Source: Shigella phage vB_SsoM_JK08
Length of the DNA: 64,000 bases
Direction: 5' to 3' (one strand)
Sequence record: LR877332
In this document: in pieces, positions 20,047 to 38,197 of the stretch
Layout of the letters: every line of letters begins with the position of its first letter
How positions within the stretch are numbered: the stretch's first letter is position 1
The notes under the pieces: model-generated
What the model saw: the letters and a program-made list of their open reading frames with translations, nothing else
The model's database searches: none
What the model was told of the DNA's origin: nothing
Position numbers and translations under genes: made by a program

Positions 20047-20054
20047 TATAAATA
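20047..20054 (+). promoter_or_regulatory. late promoter TATAAATA for gene 9
   Basis: Exact TATAAATA about 26 nt upstream of ATG 20079. Confidence 0.6.
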
Positions 20055-20078
20055 CTATAAACTCATAAGGAAACCGCT

Positions 20079-20945
20079 ATGTTCATTCAAGAACCAAAGA
20101 AATTGATTGATACCGGCGAAATTGGTAACGCTTCTACTGGTGATATCTTATTCGACGGTGGTAATAAAATTAATAGTGATTTTAACGCAATTTATAATGC
20201 GTTTGGCGATCAGCGTAAAATGGCAGTAGCAAATGGCACTGGAGCAGATGGTCAAATTATCCATGCTACTGGATATTATCAAAAGCACTCTATCGCGGAG
20301 TACGCAACTCCAGTGAAAGTTGGCACTAGACATGATATTGATACCTCTACTGTAGGTGTTAAAGTTATTATTGAAAGAGGAGAACTTGGCGATTGTGTTG
20401 AATTCATTAACTCTAATGGATCAATATCAGTTACTAATCCTTTAACGATTCAGGCTATTGATTCAATTAAAGGCGTTTCAGGTAATTTAGTAGTAACTAG
20501 CCCATATAGTAAAGTAACTTTACGCTGTATTTCATCTGATAATTCTACATCGGTTTGGAATTATTCTATTGAAAGTATGTTTGGACAAAAGGAATCACCA
20601 GCTGAAGGTACATGGAATATTTCTACATCCGGATCAGTTGATATTCCACTATTTCATCGCACTGAATACAATATGGCTAAATTGCTAGTTACGTGCCAAT
20701 CAGTAGATGGAAGAAAAATTAAAACAGCAGAAATAAATATTCTTGTGGATACTGTTAATTCAGAAGTTATTTCTTCTGAGTATGCTGTCATGAGAGTTGG
20801 AAATGAAACAGAAGAAGACGAGATTGCTAATATTGCATTTAGTATTAAAACCAACTATGTAACGGCGACTATAAGTTCTTCTACCGTTGGCATGAGAGCA
20901 GCAGTTAAAGTTATCGCTACGCAGAAAATCGGGGTGGCTCAATAA
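20079..20945 (+). CDS. 9: gp9 baseplate wedge / long tail fibre socket
   Basis: 288 aa, matches T4 gp9. Confidence 0.9.
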   Translation: MFIQEPKKLIDTGEIGNASTGDILFDGGNKINSDFNAIYNAFGDQRKMAVANGTGADGQIIHATGYYQKHSIAEYATPVKVGTRHDIDTSTVGVKVIIERGELGDCVEFINSNGSISVTNPLTIQAIDSIKGVSGNLVVTSPYSKVTLRCISSDNSTSVWNYSIESMFGQKESPAEGTWNISTSGSVDIPLFHRTEYNMAKLLVTCQSVDGRKIKTAEINILVDTVNSEVISSEYAVMRVGNETEEDEIANIAFSIKTNYVTATISSSTVGMRAAVKVIATQKIGVAQ

Positions 20946-22750
20946 TGAAACAAAATATTAATATCGGTAATGTTGTTGATGATGGTACCGGTGACTACCT
21001 GCGTAAAGGTGGTATAAAAATAAATGAAAACTTTGATGAACTTTATTATGAACTTGGCGATGGAGATGTTCCATATTCAGCCGGTGCCTGGAAAACTTAT
21101 AATGCTTCATCTGGTCAAACATTAAAAGCTAAGTGGGGAAAATCATACGCTATTAATACCTCTTCTGGAAGAGTAACTTTACAACTTCCTAAAGGAACTG
21201 TTAATGATTATAATAAAGTAATTAGAGCTAGGGATGTATTTGCAACATGGAACATTAATCCAGTTACTTTAGTAGCTGCTTCTGGAGATACAATTAAAGG
21301 GTCGTCATCATCGGTTGAAATTAATACTCAATTTAGTGATTTAGAGCTCGTTTATTGCGCTCCAGGACGTTGGGAGTATGTCAAAAACAAACAAATTGAC
21401 AAAATTATTAGTTCAGATATTAGTAATGTAGCACGTAAAGAATTTTTAGTCGAAGTTCAAGGACAAACGGACTTTTTAGATGTTTTCCGCGGAACTAGCT
21501 ATAATGTTAATAACATCCGAGTAAAACACCGTGGTAATGAATTATATTACGGCGATGTATTTAGTGAAAACAGTGACTTTGGCTCTCCTGGGGAAAATGA
21601 AGGAGAATTGATTCCTCTTGATGGATTTAATATTAGGTTAAGACAGCCTTGTAATATTGGTGACACTGTTCAAATTGAAACATTTATGGATGGTATATCA
21701 CAATGGAGAAGTTCATATACAAGACGCCAAATAAAAGTATTAGATTCAAAATTAACGTCAAAAACTTCTTTAGAAGGAAGTATTTACGTTACTGATTTAT
21801 CAACAATGAAATCAATTCCATTCTCTGCATTTGGATTAATTCCTGGAGAACCTATTAATCCTAATTCTCTTGAAGTTCGTTTTAATGGAATTTTACAACA
21901 ACAAGCTGGAACAGCAGGATATCCTCTGTTTTTGTGTGAAGGTGCTAACTCAGATACGCAAGCAGGATGTATATCTCTTGGTGGTGAATGGAAAGAATCG
22001 AACACAGATTATTCTATAGAATATGAAGATGGAAAACCTGTCAGTCTTTTATTTGATAGAAAATTTGAATCAGGTGATATAATCGTTATAACATGGTTTA
22101 ATAATGATTTAGGAACTCTTTTAGAAAAAGATGACATTATTGAATTAACTGATGACCGTTATGTTAGTAAAGGATCATCTACTGAAGTTACTGGGGATGT
22201 AGCCTTAACAGATTTTGATAAAATCGGTTGGCCAAATGTTGAAAAAGTTGATTCTTATACTAGAACGTATAATTCAATATCATCTATTTTCGATAGCATT
22301 TATCCCGTAGGTTCAATTTATGAAAATGCTATAAACCCAAATAATCCGGTGACTTATATGGGGTTTGGTTCGTGGAAATTATTTGGTAAAGGACAAGTTT
22401 TAGTAGGATGGAATGATGATGTTACGGATCCAAACTTTGCTTTAAACAATAATGATTTAGATTCTAGCGGAAATCCTTCACATACTGCCGGTGGAACAGT
22501 TGGAACAACATCGGTGACACTTGAGAACGCAAATCTTCCTGCGACTAAAACTGATGAAAAAGTTTTAATTGAAGATGAAAACGGATCAGTTATTATTGGA
22601 GGTTGTCAATATGACCCAGACGAAACTGGTCCTATATATACAAAATATCGTGAAGACTACGCAACAACAAACTCTTCACATACTCCTCCTACTAATATTA
22701 GTAATATTCAACCGTCTATTACTGTATACCGTTGGATAAGGATTGCATAA
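20945..22750 (+). CDS. 10: gp10 baseplate wedge protein
   Basis: 601 aa (T4 about 602), ATGA-type overlaps with genes 9 and 11. Confidence 0.9.
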   Translation: MKQNINIGNVVDDGTGDYLRKGGIKINENFDELYYELGDGDVPYSAGAWKTYNASSGQTLKAKWGKSYAINTSSGRVTLQLPKGTVNDYNKVIRARDVFATWNINPVTLVAASGDTIKGSSSSVEINTQFSDLELVYCAPGRWEYVKNKQIDKIISSDISNVARKEFLVEVQGQTDFLDVFRGTSYNVNNIRVKHRGNELYYGDVFSENSDFGSPGENEGELIPLDGFNIRLRQPCNIGDTVQIETFMDGISQWRSSYTRRQIKVLDSKLTSKTSLEGSIYVTDLSTMKSIPFSAFGLIPGEPINPNSLEVRFNGILQQQAGTAGYPLFLCEGANSDTQAGCISLGGEWKESNTDYSIEYEDGKPVSLLFDRKFESGDIIVITWFNNDLGTLLEKDDIIELTDDRYVSKGSSTEVTGDVALTDFDKIGWPNVEKVDSYTRTYNSISSIFDSIYPVGSIYENAINPNNPVTYMGFGSWKLFGKGQVLVGWNDDVTDPNFALNNNDLDSSGNPSHTAGGTVGTTSVTLENANLPATKTDEKVLIEDENGSVIIGGCQYDPDETGPIYTKYREDYATTNSSHTPPTNISNIQPSITVYRWIRIA

Positions 22751-23409
22751 TGAGTTTACTTAATAATAAAGCGGGAGTTATTTCCCGCTTAGCAGATTTT
22801 CTTGGTTTTAGAACTAAGAAAAATGATATTTCGGTTATGAATAATCAGCCAGTAGGCGCTGTAACAATTTCACAAATAGCAAAAGGTTTTTATGACCCGA
22901 ATGTAGAATCTGCTATCAATGATGTTAGAAATATGGCAGAGCAACCGGTTGGAGCTGTATTAGTTAATATAAGCGGCGTATCTCCTACTGGCGTGCAACA
23001 AACCGACTATTGGTCATTTGAAGGAACTGTTACTGATACTTCAGTCAAATCAGGTGACCCAGTTATTGTTAACATGTTTGGTATTCCAGTTAAAGCTACT
23101 AATGGAATGACTTCAATTGAATTTACTAGTGCCGTTAGAATAGCTCTACAGGAAATGGTTGTAAAATTTATTGCAATTGATTCATTTGAAGACCATCCTA
23201 CCATAGGAAATAAAATACAAGTTAAGTATTTAGATAACCAAGAACATATCTTAGAACAATACTCTGATAAAGGAATTACTTTCAAACAGGAAATAATTTC
23301 TCCTTCTAAACCTGGGTATGGAACTTGGCAATTATTAGGTGCGCAAACTGTTACGCTAGATAGTCACACACAACCTACAGTATTTTATTATTTTGAGAGA
23401 ATAGCATGA
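22750..23409 (+). CDS. 11: gp11 baseplate wedge / short tail fibre attachment
   Basis: Start at ATG 22750 overlapping gp10 stop gives 219 aa as in T4; the track ORF starts 6 codons earlier. Confidence 0.85.
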   Translation: MSLLNNKAGVISRLADFLGFRTKKNDISVMNNQPVGAVTISQIAKGFYDPNVESAINDVRNMAEQPVGAVLVNISGVSPTGVQQTDYWSFEGTVTDTSVKSGDPVIVNMFGIPVKATNGMTSIEFTSAVRIALQEMVVKFIAIDSFEDHPTIGNKIQVKYLDNQEHILEQYSDKGITFKQEIISPSKPGYGTWQLLGAQTVTLDSHTQPTVFYYFERIA

Positions 23410-24129
23410 GTAACAATACATATCAGCACGTATCAAATGAATCAAAATATGTTAAATTCGATCCTACTGGATCGAATTTTCCTGGCACTGTTACGACAGT
23501 ACAGTCTGCATTCCCGAATGTAGAATCTGCTATCAATGATGTTAGAAATATGGCAGAGCAACCGGTTGGAGCTGTATTAGTTAATATAAGCGGCGTATCT
23601 CCTACTGGCGTGCAACAAACCGACTATTGGTCATTTGAAGGAACTGTTACTGATACTTCAGTCAAATCAGGTGACCCAGTTATTGTTAACATGTTTGGTA
23701 TTCCAGTTAAAGCTACTAATGGAATGACTTCAATTGAATTTACTAGTGCCGTTAGAATAGCTCTACAGGAAATGGTTGTAAAATTTATTGCAATTGATTC
23801 ATTTGAAGACCATCCTACCATAGGAAATAAAATACAAGTTAAGTATTTAGATAACCAAGAACATATCTTAGAACAATACTCTGATAAAGGAATTACTTTC
23901 AAACAGGAAATAATTTCTCCTTCTAAACCTGGGTATGGAACTTGGCAATTATTAGGTGCGCAAACTGTTACGCTAGATAGTCACACACAACCTACAGTAT
24001 TTTATTATTTTGAGAGAATAGCATGAGTAACAATACATATCAGCACGTATCAAATGAATCAAAATATGTTAAATTCGATCCTACTGGATCGAATTTTCCT
24101 GGCACTGTTACGACAGTACAGTCTGCATT
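22896..24129 (+). repeat. perfect direct tandem duplication, 2 x 617 bp
   Basis: Copy 22896-23512 is repeated at 23513-24129 with no mismatch seen by eye; the track ORFs 23007..23285 and 23624..23902 are identical and offset by exactly 617. Confidence 0.85.
23406..24026 (+). CDS. chimeric ORF: N-terminal 35-36 residues of gp12 fused in frame to C-terminal about 170 residues of gp11
   Basis: 206 aa; starts at the gene 12 ATG inside copy 1 and crosses the duplication junction (...TTVQSA|FPNVESAIN...) into the gene 11 3' half; ATGA-coupled on both sides. Confidence 0.5.
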   Translation: MSNNTYQHVSNESKYVKFDPTGSNFPGTVTTVQSAFPNVESAINDVRNMAEQPVGAVLVNISGVSPTGVQQTDYWSFEGTVTDTSVKSGDPVIVNMFGIPVKATNGMTSIEFTSAVRIALQEMVVKFIAIDSFEDHPTIGNKIQVKYLDNQEHILEQYSDKGITFKQEIISPSKPGYGTWQLLGAQTVTLDSHTQPTVFYYFERIA

Positions 24130-25573
24130 ATCAAAAATAAGTAATATCGGCGTAAATGGTATTCCTGATGCAACTATGGAAGTTAAAGGAATAGCAATGA
24201 TTGCATCAGAGCAAGAGGTTTTAGATGGAACAAATAATTCTAAAATCGTTACACCAGCTACATTAGCAACAAGATTATTGTATCCAAATGCTACTGAAAC
24301 TAAATATGGTTTAACGCGCTATTCAACAAATGAAGAAACATTAGAAGGCTCAGATAATAATTCATCAATAACGCCGCAAAAACTGAAATACCATACTGAT
24401 GATGTGTTCCGAAATAGATATTCATCTGAGTCATCAAACGGGGTTATTAAAATATCATCTACGCCTGCGGCTTTGGCTGGTGTTGATGATACTACGGCGA
24501 TGACTCCGCTAAAAACCCAAAAACTCGCAATAAAATTAATTTCACAAATAGCTCCTTCCGAAGATACTGCATCAGAATCTGTGAGAGGTGTGGTTCAATT
24601 ATCAACTGTTGCGCAAACTCGTCAAGGAACTCTCCGCGAAGGATATGCAATTTCTCCGTATACCTTTATGAATTCTGTTGCAACACAAGAATATAAGGGT
24701 GTTATACGTTTAGGAACACAATCGGAAATTAACAGTAATTTAGGAGATGTTGCAGTAACAGGTGAAACACTAAATGGTCGAGGAGCTACTGGTTCTATGC
24801 GTGGAGTAGTTAAATTAACGACGCAAGCCGGTATTGCCCCTGAAGGTGATAGTTCTGGAGCATTAGCGTGGAACGCAGATGTAATTAATACGCGTGGTGG
24901 ACAAACTATTAATGGTTCTTTAAATTTAGACCATCTTACAGCAAATGGAATTTGGTCACGCGGTGGAATGTGGAAAAATGGCGATCAACCTGTTGCCACT
25001 GAAAGATATGCGTCCGAACGAGTTCCGGTTGGAACTATTATGATGTTTGCGGGTGATTCAGCACCTCCAGGTTGGATTATGTGTCATGGTGGAACCGTGT
25101 CAGGTGACCAATTTCCTGATTATAGAAACGTAGTTGGAACAAGATTTGGTGGCGATTGGAATAATCCTGGCGTTCCTGATATGCGGGGTCTTTTCGTCAG
25201 AGGAGCTGGCACAGGCGGTCATATTTTAAATCAACGAGGACAAGATGGTTATGGAAAGGATAGACTTGGCGTAGGATGTGACGGAATGCATGTTGGTGGT
25301 GTTCAAGCACAACAAATGTCATACCATAAACACGCCGGTGGTTGGGGGGAACATAACAGAAGTGAAGGCCCATTTGGCGCGTCTGTTTATCAAGGATATC
25401 TTGGAACTAGAAAATATGCCGACTGGGATAATGCTTCATACTTCACTAATGATGGATTTGAATTAGGCGGACCGAGAGATGCCCTTGGTACACTTAATCG
25501 TGAAGGATTAATTGGTTATGAAACTAGACCATGGAATATATCATTAAACTATATTATTAAAGTTCATTACTAA
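24023..25573 (+). CDS. 12: gp12 short tail fibre
   Basis: 516 aa (T4 527); Gly-rich C-terminal receptor-binding region. Confidence 0.9.
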   Translation: MSNNTYQHVSNESKYVKFDPTGSNFPGTVTTVQSALSKISNIGVNGIPDATMEVKGIAMIASEQEVLDGTNNSKIVTPATLATRLLYPNATETKYGLTRYSTNEETLEGSDNNSSITPQKLKYHTDDVFRNRYSSESSNGVIKISSTPAALAGVDDTTAMTPLKTQKLAIKLISQIAPSEDTASESVRGVVQLSTVAQTRQGTLREGYAISPYTFMNSVATQEYKGVIRLGTQSEINSNLGDVAVTGETLNGRGATGSMRGVVKLTTQAGIAPEGDSSGALAWNADVINTRGGQTINGSLNLDHLTANGIWSRGGMWKNGDQPVATERYASERVPVGTIMMFAGDSAPPGWIMCHGGTVSGDQFPDYRNVVGTRFGGDWNNPGVPDMRGLFVRGAGTGGHILNQRGQDGYGKDRLGVGCDGMHVGGVQAQQMSYHKHAGGWGEHNRSEGPFGASVYQGYLGTRKYADWDNASYFTNDGFELGGPRDALGTLNREGLIGYETRPWNISLNYIIKVHY

Positions 25574-25582
25574 GGATTACAA

Positions 25583-27040
25583 ATGATTGAATTAAAAGAT
25601 TTACCTTTTGTTGATAGCGTTCCTGATGAAGGTCAGGAACGTATTTCATGGATTAAAAATGGTGAAGAAATACTAGGAGCTAGCACTAAGTATGGAAACG
25701 ATGGATCAATGAATAGACCAATTGTTTCCGTGTTTAAAAATGTTGAGGTTCTTGACGAAAATATAGGAATTCTTAAAACTGCCATTGAAACATCGCAGAA
25801 AGATATTAAAACAATTCAAGGAGTTTTAGATGTATCAGGAGATATAGAAGCACTATCGCAGATCAGTGTTAATAAAAATGACATATCAAATTTAAAGACA
25901 CTTACTAATGAACACACTGATATATTAACTGGAACTAATAATACAGTTGACAAAATTATTGCTGATATAGGTCCATTTAATGATGAAGAAAACTCTGTTT
26001 ATAGAACAATTAGAAATGATTTATTGTGGATTAAACAAGAACTAGGGCAATATTCTGGCCAAGACATTAACGGTCTTCCTGTTGTTGGTAATGCTAGCAC
26101 AGGAATGAAACATAGAATAATAACAAATAGTACATTATTATCTTCACAAGGCATTCGTTTAAGTGAATTAGAAAATAAATTTACTGAATCTGACGTAGGA
26201 TCATTGACGGTTGAAGTTGGTAAATTACGCGATGAACTTGGTAATAAACCAGTAGATTTTGGACCAAATATTTATAATAGATTAAACACTATAGATGATA
26301 AACAAACTTTAATAAATTCTGATATAGCAGAAATTAAATCTTCTATTGGATACCCAGAAAATGTTTCTATAATAACAGAAATTAATAATAACAAAAGTAG
26401 CATTGAATCTATTAATAATGAATTAAATCAGAGTGAAGGTGTTAAACAGCGCTTAACGGCTATTGAAACTTCTATAGGTTCAGATGATATTCCTTCTAGT
26501 ATTAAAGGAAAAATTAAAAATCACACAACTTCTATTGAGTCTTTAAACGGAATTGTTGGTGAAAACACTTCGTCTGGTTTAAGAGCGAATGTTTCGTGGT
26601 TAAATCAAATTGTTGGAACTGACTCCAGCGGAGGACAACCGTCTCCTTCTGGATCTCTATTAAATAAAGTTTCAGTGCTTGAAGGAGAAGTTTCAGTTTT
26701 AAACAATAATGTTCAAAATATACAAGTTGAAATAGGAAATAATAGAACAGGAATTAAAGGTCAAGTTATTGAACTTACTTCACTTATAAATGGAAATAAT
26801 CCTGACGGATCAACTGTTGAAGAACGAGGATTAACTAATTCTATAAAAACGAATGAAACTAACATTGCGGCAGTCACGCATGAAGTAAATACAGCTAAAG
26901 ACAATATATCCTCTTTACAGAGCAGCGTTCAAGCTCTACAAGAAGCAGGTTATATTCCTGAAGCTCCAAAAGATGGCCAAGCTTACGTTCGTAAAGACGG
27001 CGAATGGGTACTACTTTCTACCTTTTTATCACCAGCATAA
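25583..27040 (+). CDS. wac: fibritin (whisker antigen control)
   Basis: 485 aa coiled coil ending in foldon [27 protein letters not shown]. Confidence 0.95.
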   Translation: MIELKDLPFVDSVPDEGQERISWIKNGEEILGASTKYGNDGSMNRPIVSVFKNVEVLDENIGILKTAIETSQKDIKTIQGVLDVSGDIEALSQISVNKNDISNLKTLTNEHTDILTGTNNTVDKIIADIGPFNDEENSVYRTIRNDLLWIKQELGQYSGQDINGLPVVGNASTGMKHRIITNSTLLSSQGIRLSELENKFTESDVGSLTVEVGKLRDELGNKPVDFGPNIYNRLNTIDDKQTLINSDIAEIKSSIGYPENVSIITEINNNKSSIESINNELNQSEGVKQRLTAIETSIGSDDIPSSIKGKIKNHTTSIESLNGIVGENTSSGLRANVSWLNQIVGTDSSGGQPSPSGSLLNKVSVLEGEVSVLNNNVQNIQVEIGNNRTGIKGQVIELTSLINGNNPDGSTVEERGLTNSIKTNETNIAAVTHEVNTAKDNISSLQSSVQALQEAGYIPEAPKDGQAYVRKDGEWVLLSTFLSPA

Positions 27041-27071
27041 CATGGGGCCGCAAGGCCCCAAAGGATTTTAA

Positions 27072-28773
<1,702 letters not shown>

Positions 28774-28814
28774 TAAATATTATAAACTAATTAAAGCCCA
28801 GATTAGGAGAAATC

Positions 28815-31952
<3,138 letters not shown>

Positions 31953-31983
31953 ATATATTAAAGCATATTAAAGAGGATTAAAA

Positions 31984-33963
31984 ATGACTTTATTATCTCC
32001 GGGCATTGAGCTCAAAGAAACTACGGTTCAAAGCACCGTGGTTAATAACTCTACTGGTACAGCAGCTTTGGCCGGTAAATTCCAGTGGGGTCCTGCTTTT
32101 CAGATTAAACAGGTTACAAACGAAGTAGATTTAGTTAATACTTTTGGTCAACCTACAGCTGAAACTGCTGACTATTTTATGTCTGCAATGAATTTCTTAC
32201 AATATGGAAATGATTTGCGAGTTGTGCGCGCTGTCGATAGAGATACCGCTAAAAACTCATCTCCGATTGCTGGTAATATTGAATACACAATTTCTACCCC
32301 AGGTAGTAACTATGCGGTTGGAGATAAAATCACGGTCAAATATGTTTCAGATGATATTGAAACTGAAGGTAAAATCACCGAAGTAGATGCTGATGGAAAA
32401 ATCAAGAAAATTAGTATTCCTACTGCAAAAATTATCGCTAAAGCGAAAGAAGTCGGTGAATATCCAACACTAGGTTCTAACTGGACTGCGGAAATTTCTT
32501 CGTCTTCCTCTGGTTTAGCTGCAGTAATAACTCTTGGAAAAATTATTACTGATTCTGGTATTTTATTAGCTGAAATTGAAAATGCTGAAGCTGCTATAAC
32601 AGCTGTTGATTTTCAGGAAAATCTTAAAAAATATGGAATTCCAGGAGTAGTAGCTCTTTATCCAGGCGAATTAGGCGATAAAATCGAAATCGAAATCGTA
32701 TCTAAAGCTGATTACGCGAAAGGCGCTTCTGCATTACTCCCAATTTATCCAGGTGGTGGTACTCGTGCATCTACTGCCAAGGCAGTGTTTGGATATGGAC
32801 CGCAAACTGATTCACAGTACGCTATTATAGTTCGTCGCAATGATGCTATTGTTCAAAGCGTTGTTCTTTCAACTAAGCGTGGTGAAAAAGATATTTACGA
32901 TAGTAACATCTATATCGATGACTTTTTCGCAAAAGGCGGCTCAGAATATATTTTTGCAACTGCACAAAACTGGCCAGAAGGCTTCTCTGGAATTTTAACT
33001 CTGTCTGGTGGATTATCATCAAATGCTGAAGTAACAGCAGGAGATTTAATGGAAGCTTGGGACTTCTTTGCTGACCGTGAATCTGTTGATGTTCAACTGT
33101 TTATTGCGGGTTCTTGTGCCGGTGAATCTTTAGAAACAGCATCTACTGTCCAAAAACACGTCGTTTCAATTGGGGATGCTCGCCAAGATTGCTTAGTATT
33201 GTGCTCTCCTCCGCGTGAAACTGTAGTTGGAATTCCTGTAACTCGTGCAGTAGATAATTTAGTTAACTGGAGAACTGCGGCAGGTTCATACACTGATAAT
33301 AACTTTAATATCAGTTCAACCTATGCAGCAATCGACGGCAACTACAAATATCAGTATGACAAATATAATGATGTGAATCGTTGGGTTCCATTAGCAGCTG
33401 ATATTGCCGGTTTATGCGCGAAAACTGATAACGTTTCTCAGACTTGGATGTCTCCAGCTGGTTATAATCGTGGTCAGATTCTTAACGTTATTAAACTTGC
33501 TATTGAAACTCGCCAAGCTCAGCGCGACCGTTTATATCAAGAAGCTATCAACCCAGTAACTGGTACAGGTGGTGATGGTTACGTATTGTATGGTGATAAA
33601 ACAGCTACTTCTGTTCCTTCTCCATTTGATCGTATTAACGTTCGTCGTCTGTTTAATATGTTGAAAACGAATATCGGACGTAGTTCAAAATATCGTTTGT
33701 TCGAATTAAACAACGCGTTTACTCGTTCATCATTCCGCACAGAAACTGCCCAATACTTACAGGGAATTAAAGCTCTCGGTGGAATTTATGAATATCGTGT
33801 AGTTTGCGATACAACAAATAACACTCCGTCAGTAATTGATAGAAATGAGTTTGTTGCAACATTCTACATTCAACCGGCTCGTAGTATAAATTATATCCAA
33901 CTTAATTTCGTCGCAACTGCTACTGGTGCAGATTTTGATGAGTTAACTGGTCTTGCAGGTTAA
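31984..33963 (+). CDS. 18: gp18 contractile tail sheath
   Basis: 659 aa, matches T4 gp18. Confidence 0.95.
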   Translation: MTLLSPGIELKETTVQSTVVNNSTGTAALAGKFQWGPAFQIKQVTNEVDLVNTFGQPTAETADYFMSAMNFLQYGNDLRVVRAVDRDTAKNSSPIAGNIEYTISTPGSNYAVGDKITVKYVSDDIETEGKITEVDADGKIKKISIPTAKIIAKAKEVGEYPTLGSNWTAEISSSSSGLAAVITLGKIITDSGILLAEIENAEAAITAVDFQENLKKYGIPGVVALYPGELGDKIEIEIVSKADYAKGASALLPIYPGGGTRASTAKAVFGYGPQTDSQYAIIVRRNDAIVQSVVLSTKRGEKDIYDSNIYIDDFFAKGGSEYIFATAQNWPEGFSGILTLSGGLSSNAEVTAGDLMEAWDFFADRESVDVQLFIAGSCAGESLETASTVQKHVVSIGDARQDCLVLCSPPRETVVGIPVTRAVDNLVNWRTAAGSYTDNNFNISSTYAAIDGNYKYQYDKYNDVNRWVPLAADIAGLCAKTDNVSQTWMSPAGYNRGQILNVIKLAIETRQAQRDRLYQEAINPVTGTGGDGYVLYGDKTATSVPSPFDRINVRRLFNMLKTNIGRSSKYRLFELNNAFTRSSFRTETAQYLQGIKALGGIYEYRVVCDTTNNTPSVIDRNEFVATFYIQPARSINYIQLNFVATATGADFDELTGLAG

Positions 33964-34002
33964 TTGATTATGGGGCTTCGGCCCCTATTCTCGAGGAAAC
34001 AA

Positions 34003-34608
34003 GTGATTATTTCTAAGTTTGTTACAATAAAACCAAGAAATCATTCAAAAATGTGGTCGACAATTCTGGGATATAAAGTATCATATCATGATACAGTATC
34101 TGTTCCAATAGAATTAATGCCAAAGAATAGTAATAAAATAGTTGACGCTAAATGTGATTTGTGTGGTATTAAATTTAGTAGAAGCATTCAGCTTTTAAAT
34201 AGAACACCCACGCATGCATGTAGAAAATGTAGCATTAAACAAGTTGCTATTAAAAATTCGGAAGTTCAATCTGGAATAAGTAGACCATGGCAAAGAGGTG
34301 ATAAACATCCTCGATGGACTGGTAAAAGAAAAGAGTTTGCATTATATGCTAGTAGAGTTCATTCTATAACTAAGTCAGCTAAAATAAGAAAAATCTGGTC
34401 AAAATGGCCAAATGCTGATAAAATAGGAGTGTGTGGTGTAGAAGGTGCTTACCAACTTGATCATAAGGTATCTATCAAATATGGATTTGATAATTTAATT
34501 CCGCCGGAAATTATAGCAAGCGTAAAAAATTTAGAAATAATCACTTGGGAATCTAACCGAGAAAAGTCAAAAAGAAATAGCGTAGATCTTTGGGATTTAC
34601 TAGAATGA
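34003..34608 (+). CDS. HNH homing endonuclease (mob-like)
   Basis: Zn-ribbon CDLCG...CRKC and HNH core YQLDHKVSIKYGFDNL...WESNREK; start uncertain (GTG 34003 with GAGGA ribosome-binding site, or ATG 34051); the track start 33964 is a TTG overlapping a hairpin. Confidence 0.65.
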   Translation: MIISKFVTIKPRNHSKMWSTILGYKVSYHDTVSVPIELMPKNSNKIVDAKCDLCGIKFSRSIQLLNRTPTHACRKCSIKQVAIKNSEVQSGISRPWQRGDKHPRWTGKRKEFALYASRVHSITKSAKIRKIWSKWPNADKIGVCGVEGAYQLDHKVSIKYGFDNLIPPEIIASVKNLEIITWESNREKSKRNSVDLWDLLE

Positions 34609-34634
34609 TTCTAAAGGCCTGTTTCGGCAGGCCA

Positions 34635-34642
34635 TATAAATA
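34635..34642 (+). promoter_or_regulatory. late promoter TATAAATA (distal copy)
   Basis: Exact TATAAATA just after the hairpin following the HNH gene. Confidence 0.5.
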
Positions 34643-34693
34643 CACTATATCCTTAATTCTTTAATTCTATATGCCCTAGGTTAAACATAGGGA

Positions 34694-34701
34694 TATAAAT
34701 A
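34694..34701 (+). promoter_or_regulatory. late promoter TATAAATA for gene 19 (proximal copy)
   Basis: Exact TATAAATA 15 nt upstream of ATG 34716. Confidence 0.6.
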
Positions 34702-34715
34702 CTACAGAGGCTAAT

Positions 34716-35207
34716 ATGTTTGTAGATGATGTAACACGAGCGTTTGAATCTGGTGATTTTGCTCGACCTAACTTATTCCAAGTAGAAATTTCTTATCTTG
34801 GACAAAATTTTACATTCCAATGTAAAGCCACTGCTTTACCAGCTGGTATTGTAGAAAAAATTCCAGTCGGATTTATGAACCGTAAAATTAACGTAGCAGG
34901 CGATCGTACATTCGATGACTGGACTGTTACAGTAATGAACGATGAAGCTCATGATGCTCGCCAGAAGTTTGTTGATTGGCAAAGCATTGCTGCTGGTCAA
35001 GGAAACGAAATTACTGGTGGAAAACCTGCAGAGTATAAAAAGAGCGCTATTGTTCGTCAATATGCTCGTGATGCTAAAACAGTAACAAAAGAAATTGAAA
35101 TTAAAGGTCTGTGGCCTACTAACGTGGGTGAACTTCAATTAGATTGGGATTCAAACAATGAAATCCAAACCTTTGAAGTAACTCTTGCTCTCGATTATTG
35201 GGAATAA
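34716..35207 (+). CDS. 19: gp19 tail tube protein
   Basis: 163 aa, matches T4 gp19. Confidence 0.9.
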   Translation: MFVDDVTRAFESGDFARPNLFQVEISYLGQNFTFQCKATALPAGIVEKIPVGFMNRKINVAGDRTFDDWTVTVMNDEAHDARQKFVDWQSIAAGQGNEITGGKPAEYKKSAIVRQYARDAKTVTKEIEIKGLWPTNVGELQLDWDSNNEIQTFEVTLALDYWE

Positions 35208-35239
35208 AATGAATGGGGAGAAATCCCCATCCTGCTTAA

Positions 35240-36864
<1,625 letters not shown>

Positions 36865-36865
<1 letters not shown>

Positions 36866-37104
36866 TGGAAGGTTTAATTGAAGCTATTAAATCAAACGAC
36901 CTCGTAGCCGCTCGTAAATTATTTGCTGAAGCCATGGCTGCAAGAACGACTGATTTAATTAAAGAAGAAAAAATCGCTATCGCTCGTAATTTCTTAATCG
37001 AAGGTGAAGAACCTGATGACGAGGATGATGACGAAGACGAAGATAGTGATGATAAAGACGACAAAAAAGACAAAGACTCTGACGAAGACGAGGATGATGA
37101 ATAA
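36865..37104 (+). CDS. 67: gp67 prohead core protein
   Basis: 79 aa with strongly acidic D/E-rich C-terminus; position between 20 and 68. Confidence 0.85.
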
Positions 37105-37529
37105 TGCTTCTGATCCCTGAAACTCATGAATTAGTTCTCGAGAATGTCGAAGCACTTATTCCTGAAGCACAGGGTCGCTTTGACGAATTGTCTTCTGCTT
37201 TAAATAAAGACGATATAAATACAATTGTCGAGAATATGCTTGATGATGAAACTGATTTAGCGGTTGCATTAGCTTCTATTAATGAAAATATGCCGTTAAA
37301 TGAATTTATCGTTAAACATGTTTCTGCCCGTGGTGAAATTACTCGCACTAAAGATCGCAAAACCCGCGAACGTAATGCATTTCAAACTACCGGGTTGTCT
37401 AAAGCAAAACGTAGACAAATTGCTCGTAAAGCTACCAAAACGAAGATTGCCAATCCAGCAGGTCAATCTCGTGCTCAGCGTAAGCGTAAAAAAGCTCTTA
37501 AACGCCGTAAAGCATTAGGATTAAGCTAA
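37104..37529 (+). CDS. 68: gp68 prohead core protein
   Basis: 141 aa, basic C-terminus, matches T4 gp68. Confidence 0.85.
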
Positions 37530-38167
37530 TGAATGAACCCCAATTACTAATTGAAACTTGGGGTCAACCTGGCGAAATTATTGATGGCGTACCAATGCTT
37601 GAATCTCATGATGGAAAAGACTTAGGTTTAAAACCGGGTTTATACATCGAAGGAATATTCATGCAAGCGGAAGTCGTCAATAGAAATAAACGTCTTTATC
37701 CAAAACGTATATTAGAAAAAGCGGTAAAAGACTATATTAATGAGCAAGTTTTAACTAAACAAGCTCTCGGAGAATTAAATCATCCTCCACGCGCTAATGT
37801 TGACCCGATGCAAGCCGCTATCATTATAGAAGATATGTGGTGGAAAGGAAATGACGTATACGGACGAGCTCGTGTTATTGAAGGTGACCACGGTCCTGGA
37901 GATAAATTAGCAGCTAATATTCGTGCCGGATGGATTCCAGGAGTTTCTTCTCGTGGATTAGGTTCATTGACTGACACAAATAAAGGTTATCGTATCGTAA
38001 ACGAAGGATTCAAATTAACTGTAGGTGTTGATGCAGTATGGGGTCCAAGTGCTCCAGATGCATGGGTAACTCCTAAGGAAATTACAGAATCACAGACGGC
38101 GGAAGCCGATACAAGTGCCGATGACGCCTATATGGCTCTCGCAGAGGCCATGAAAAAAGCGTTATAA
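37529..38167 (+). CDS. 21: gp21 prohead protease
   Basis: 212 aa, matches T4 gp21. Confidence 0.9.
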   Translation: MNEPQLLIETWGQPGEIIDGVPMLESHDGKDLGLKPGLYIEGIFMQAEVVNRNKRLYPKRILEKAVKDYINEQVLTKQALGELNHPPRANVDPMQAAIIIEDMWWKGNDVYGRARVIEGDHGPGDKLAANIRAGWIPGVSSRGLGSLTDTNKGYRIVNEGFKLTVGVDAVWGPSAPDAWVTPKEITESQTAEADTSADDAYMALAEAMKKAL

Positions 38168-38170
38168 ATA
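38163..38170 (+). promoter_or_regulatory. late promoter TATAAATA for gene 22
   Basis: Exact TATAAATA spanning the gp21 stop, about 27 nt upstream of ATG 38198. Confidence 0.6.
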
Positions 38171-38197
38171 TTATTATCTAAACAACAGGACTACAAA

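Noticed and set aside
22732-22749. Extended gp11 start (MDKDCIM...) given by the ORF track
   Set aside because: It would overlap the gp10 C-terminus; the ATG at 22750 overlapping the gp10 stop gives the 219 aa length expected for gp11.
22845-22960. Apparent internal repeat QPVGAV...QPVGAV within the gp11 N-terminal half
   Set aside because: The two segments are only loosely similar at nucleotide level; I could not distinguish an old micro-duplication from chance or normal gp11 sequence.
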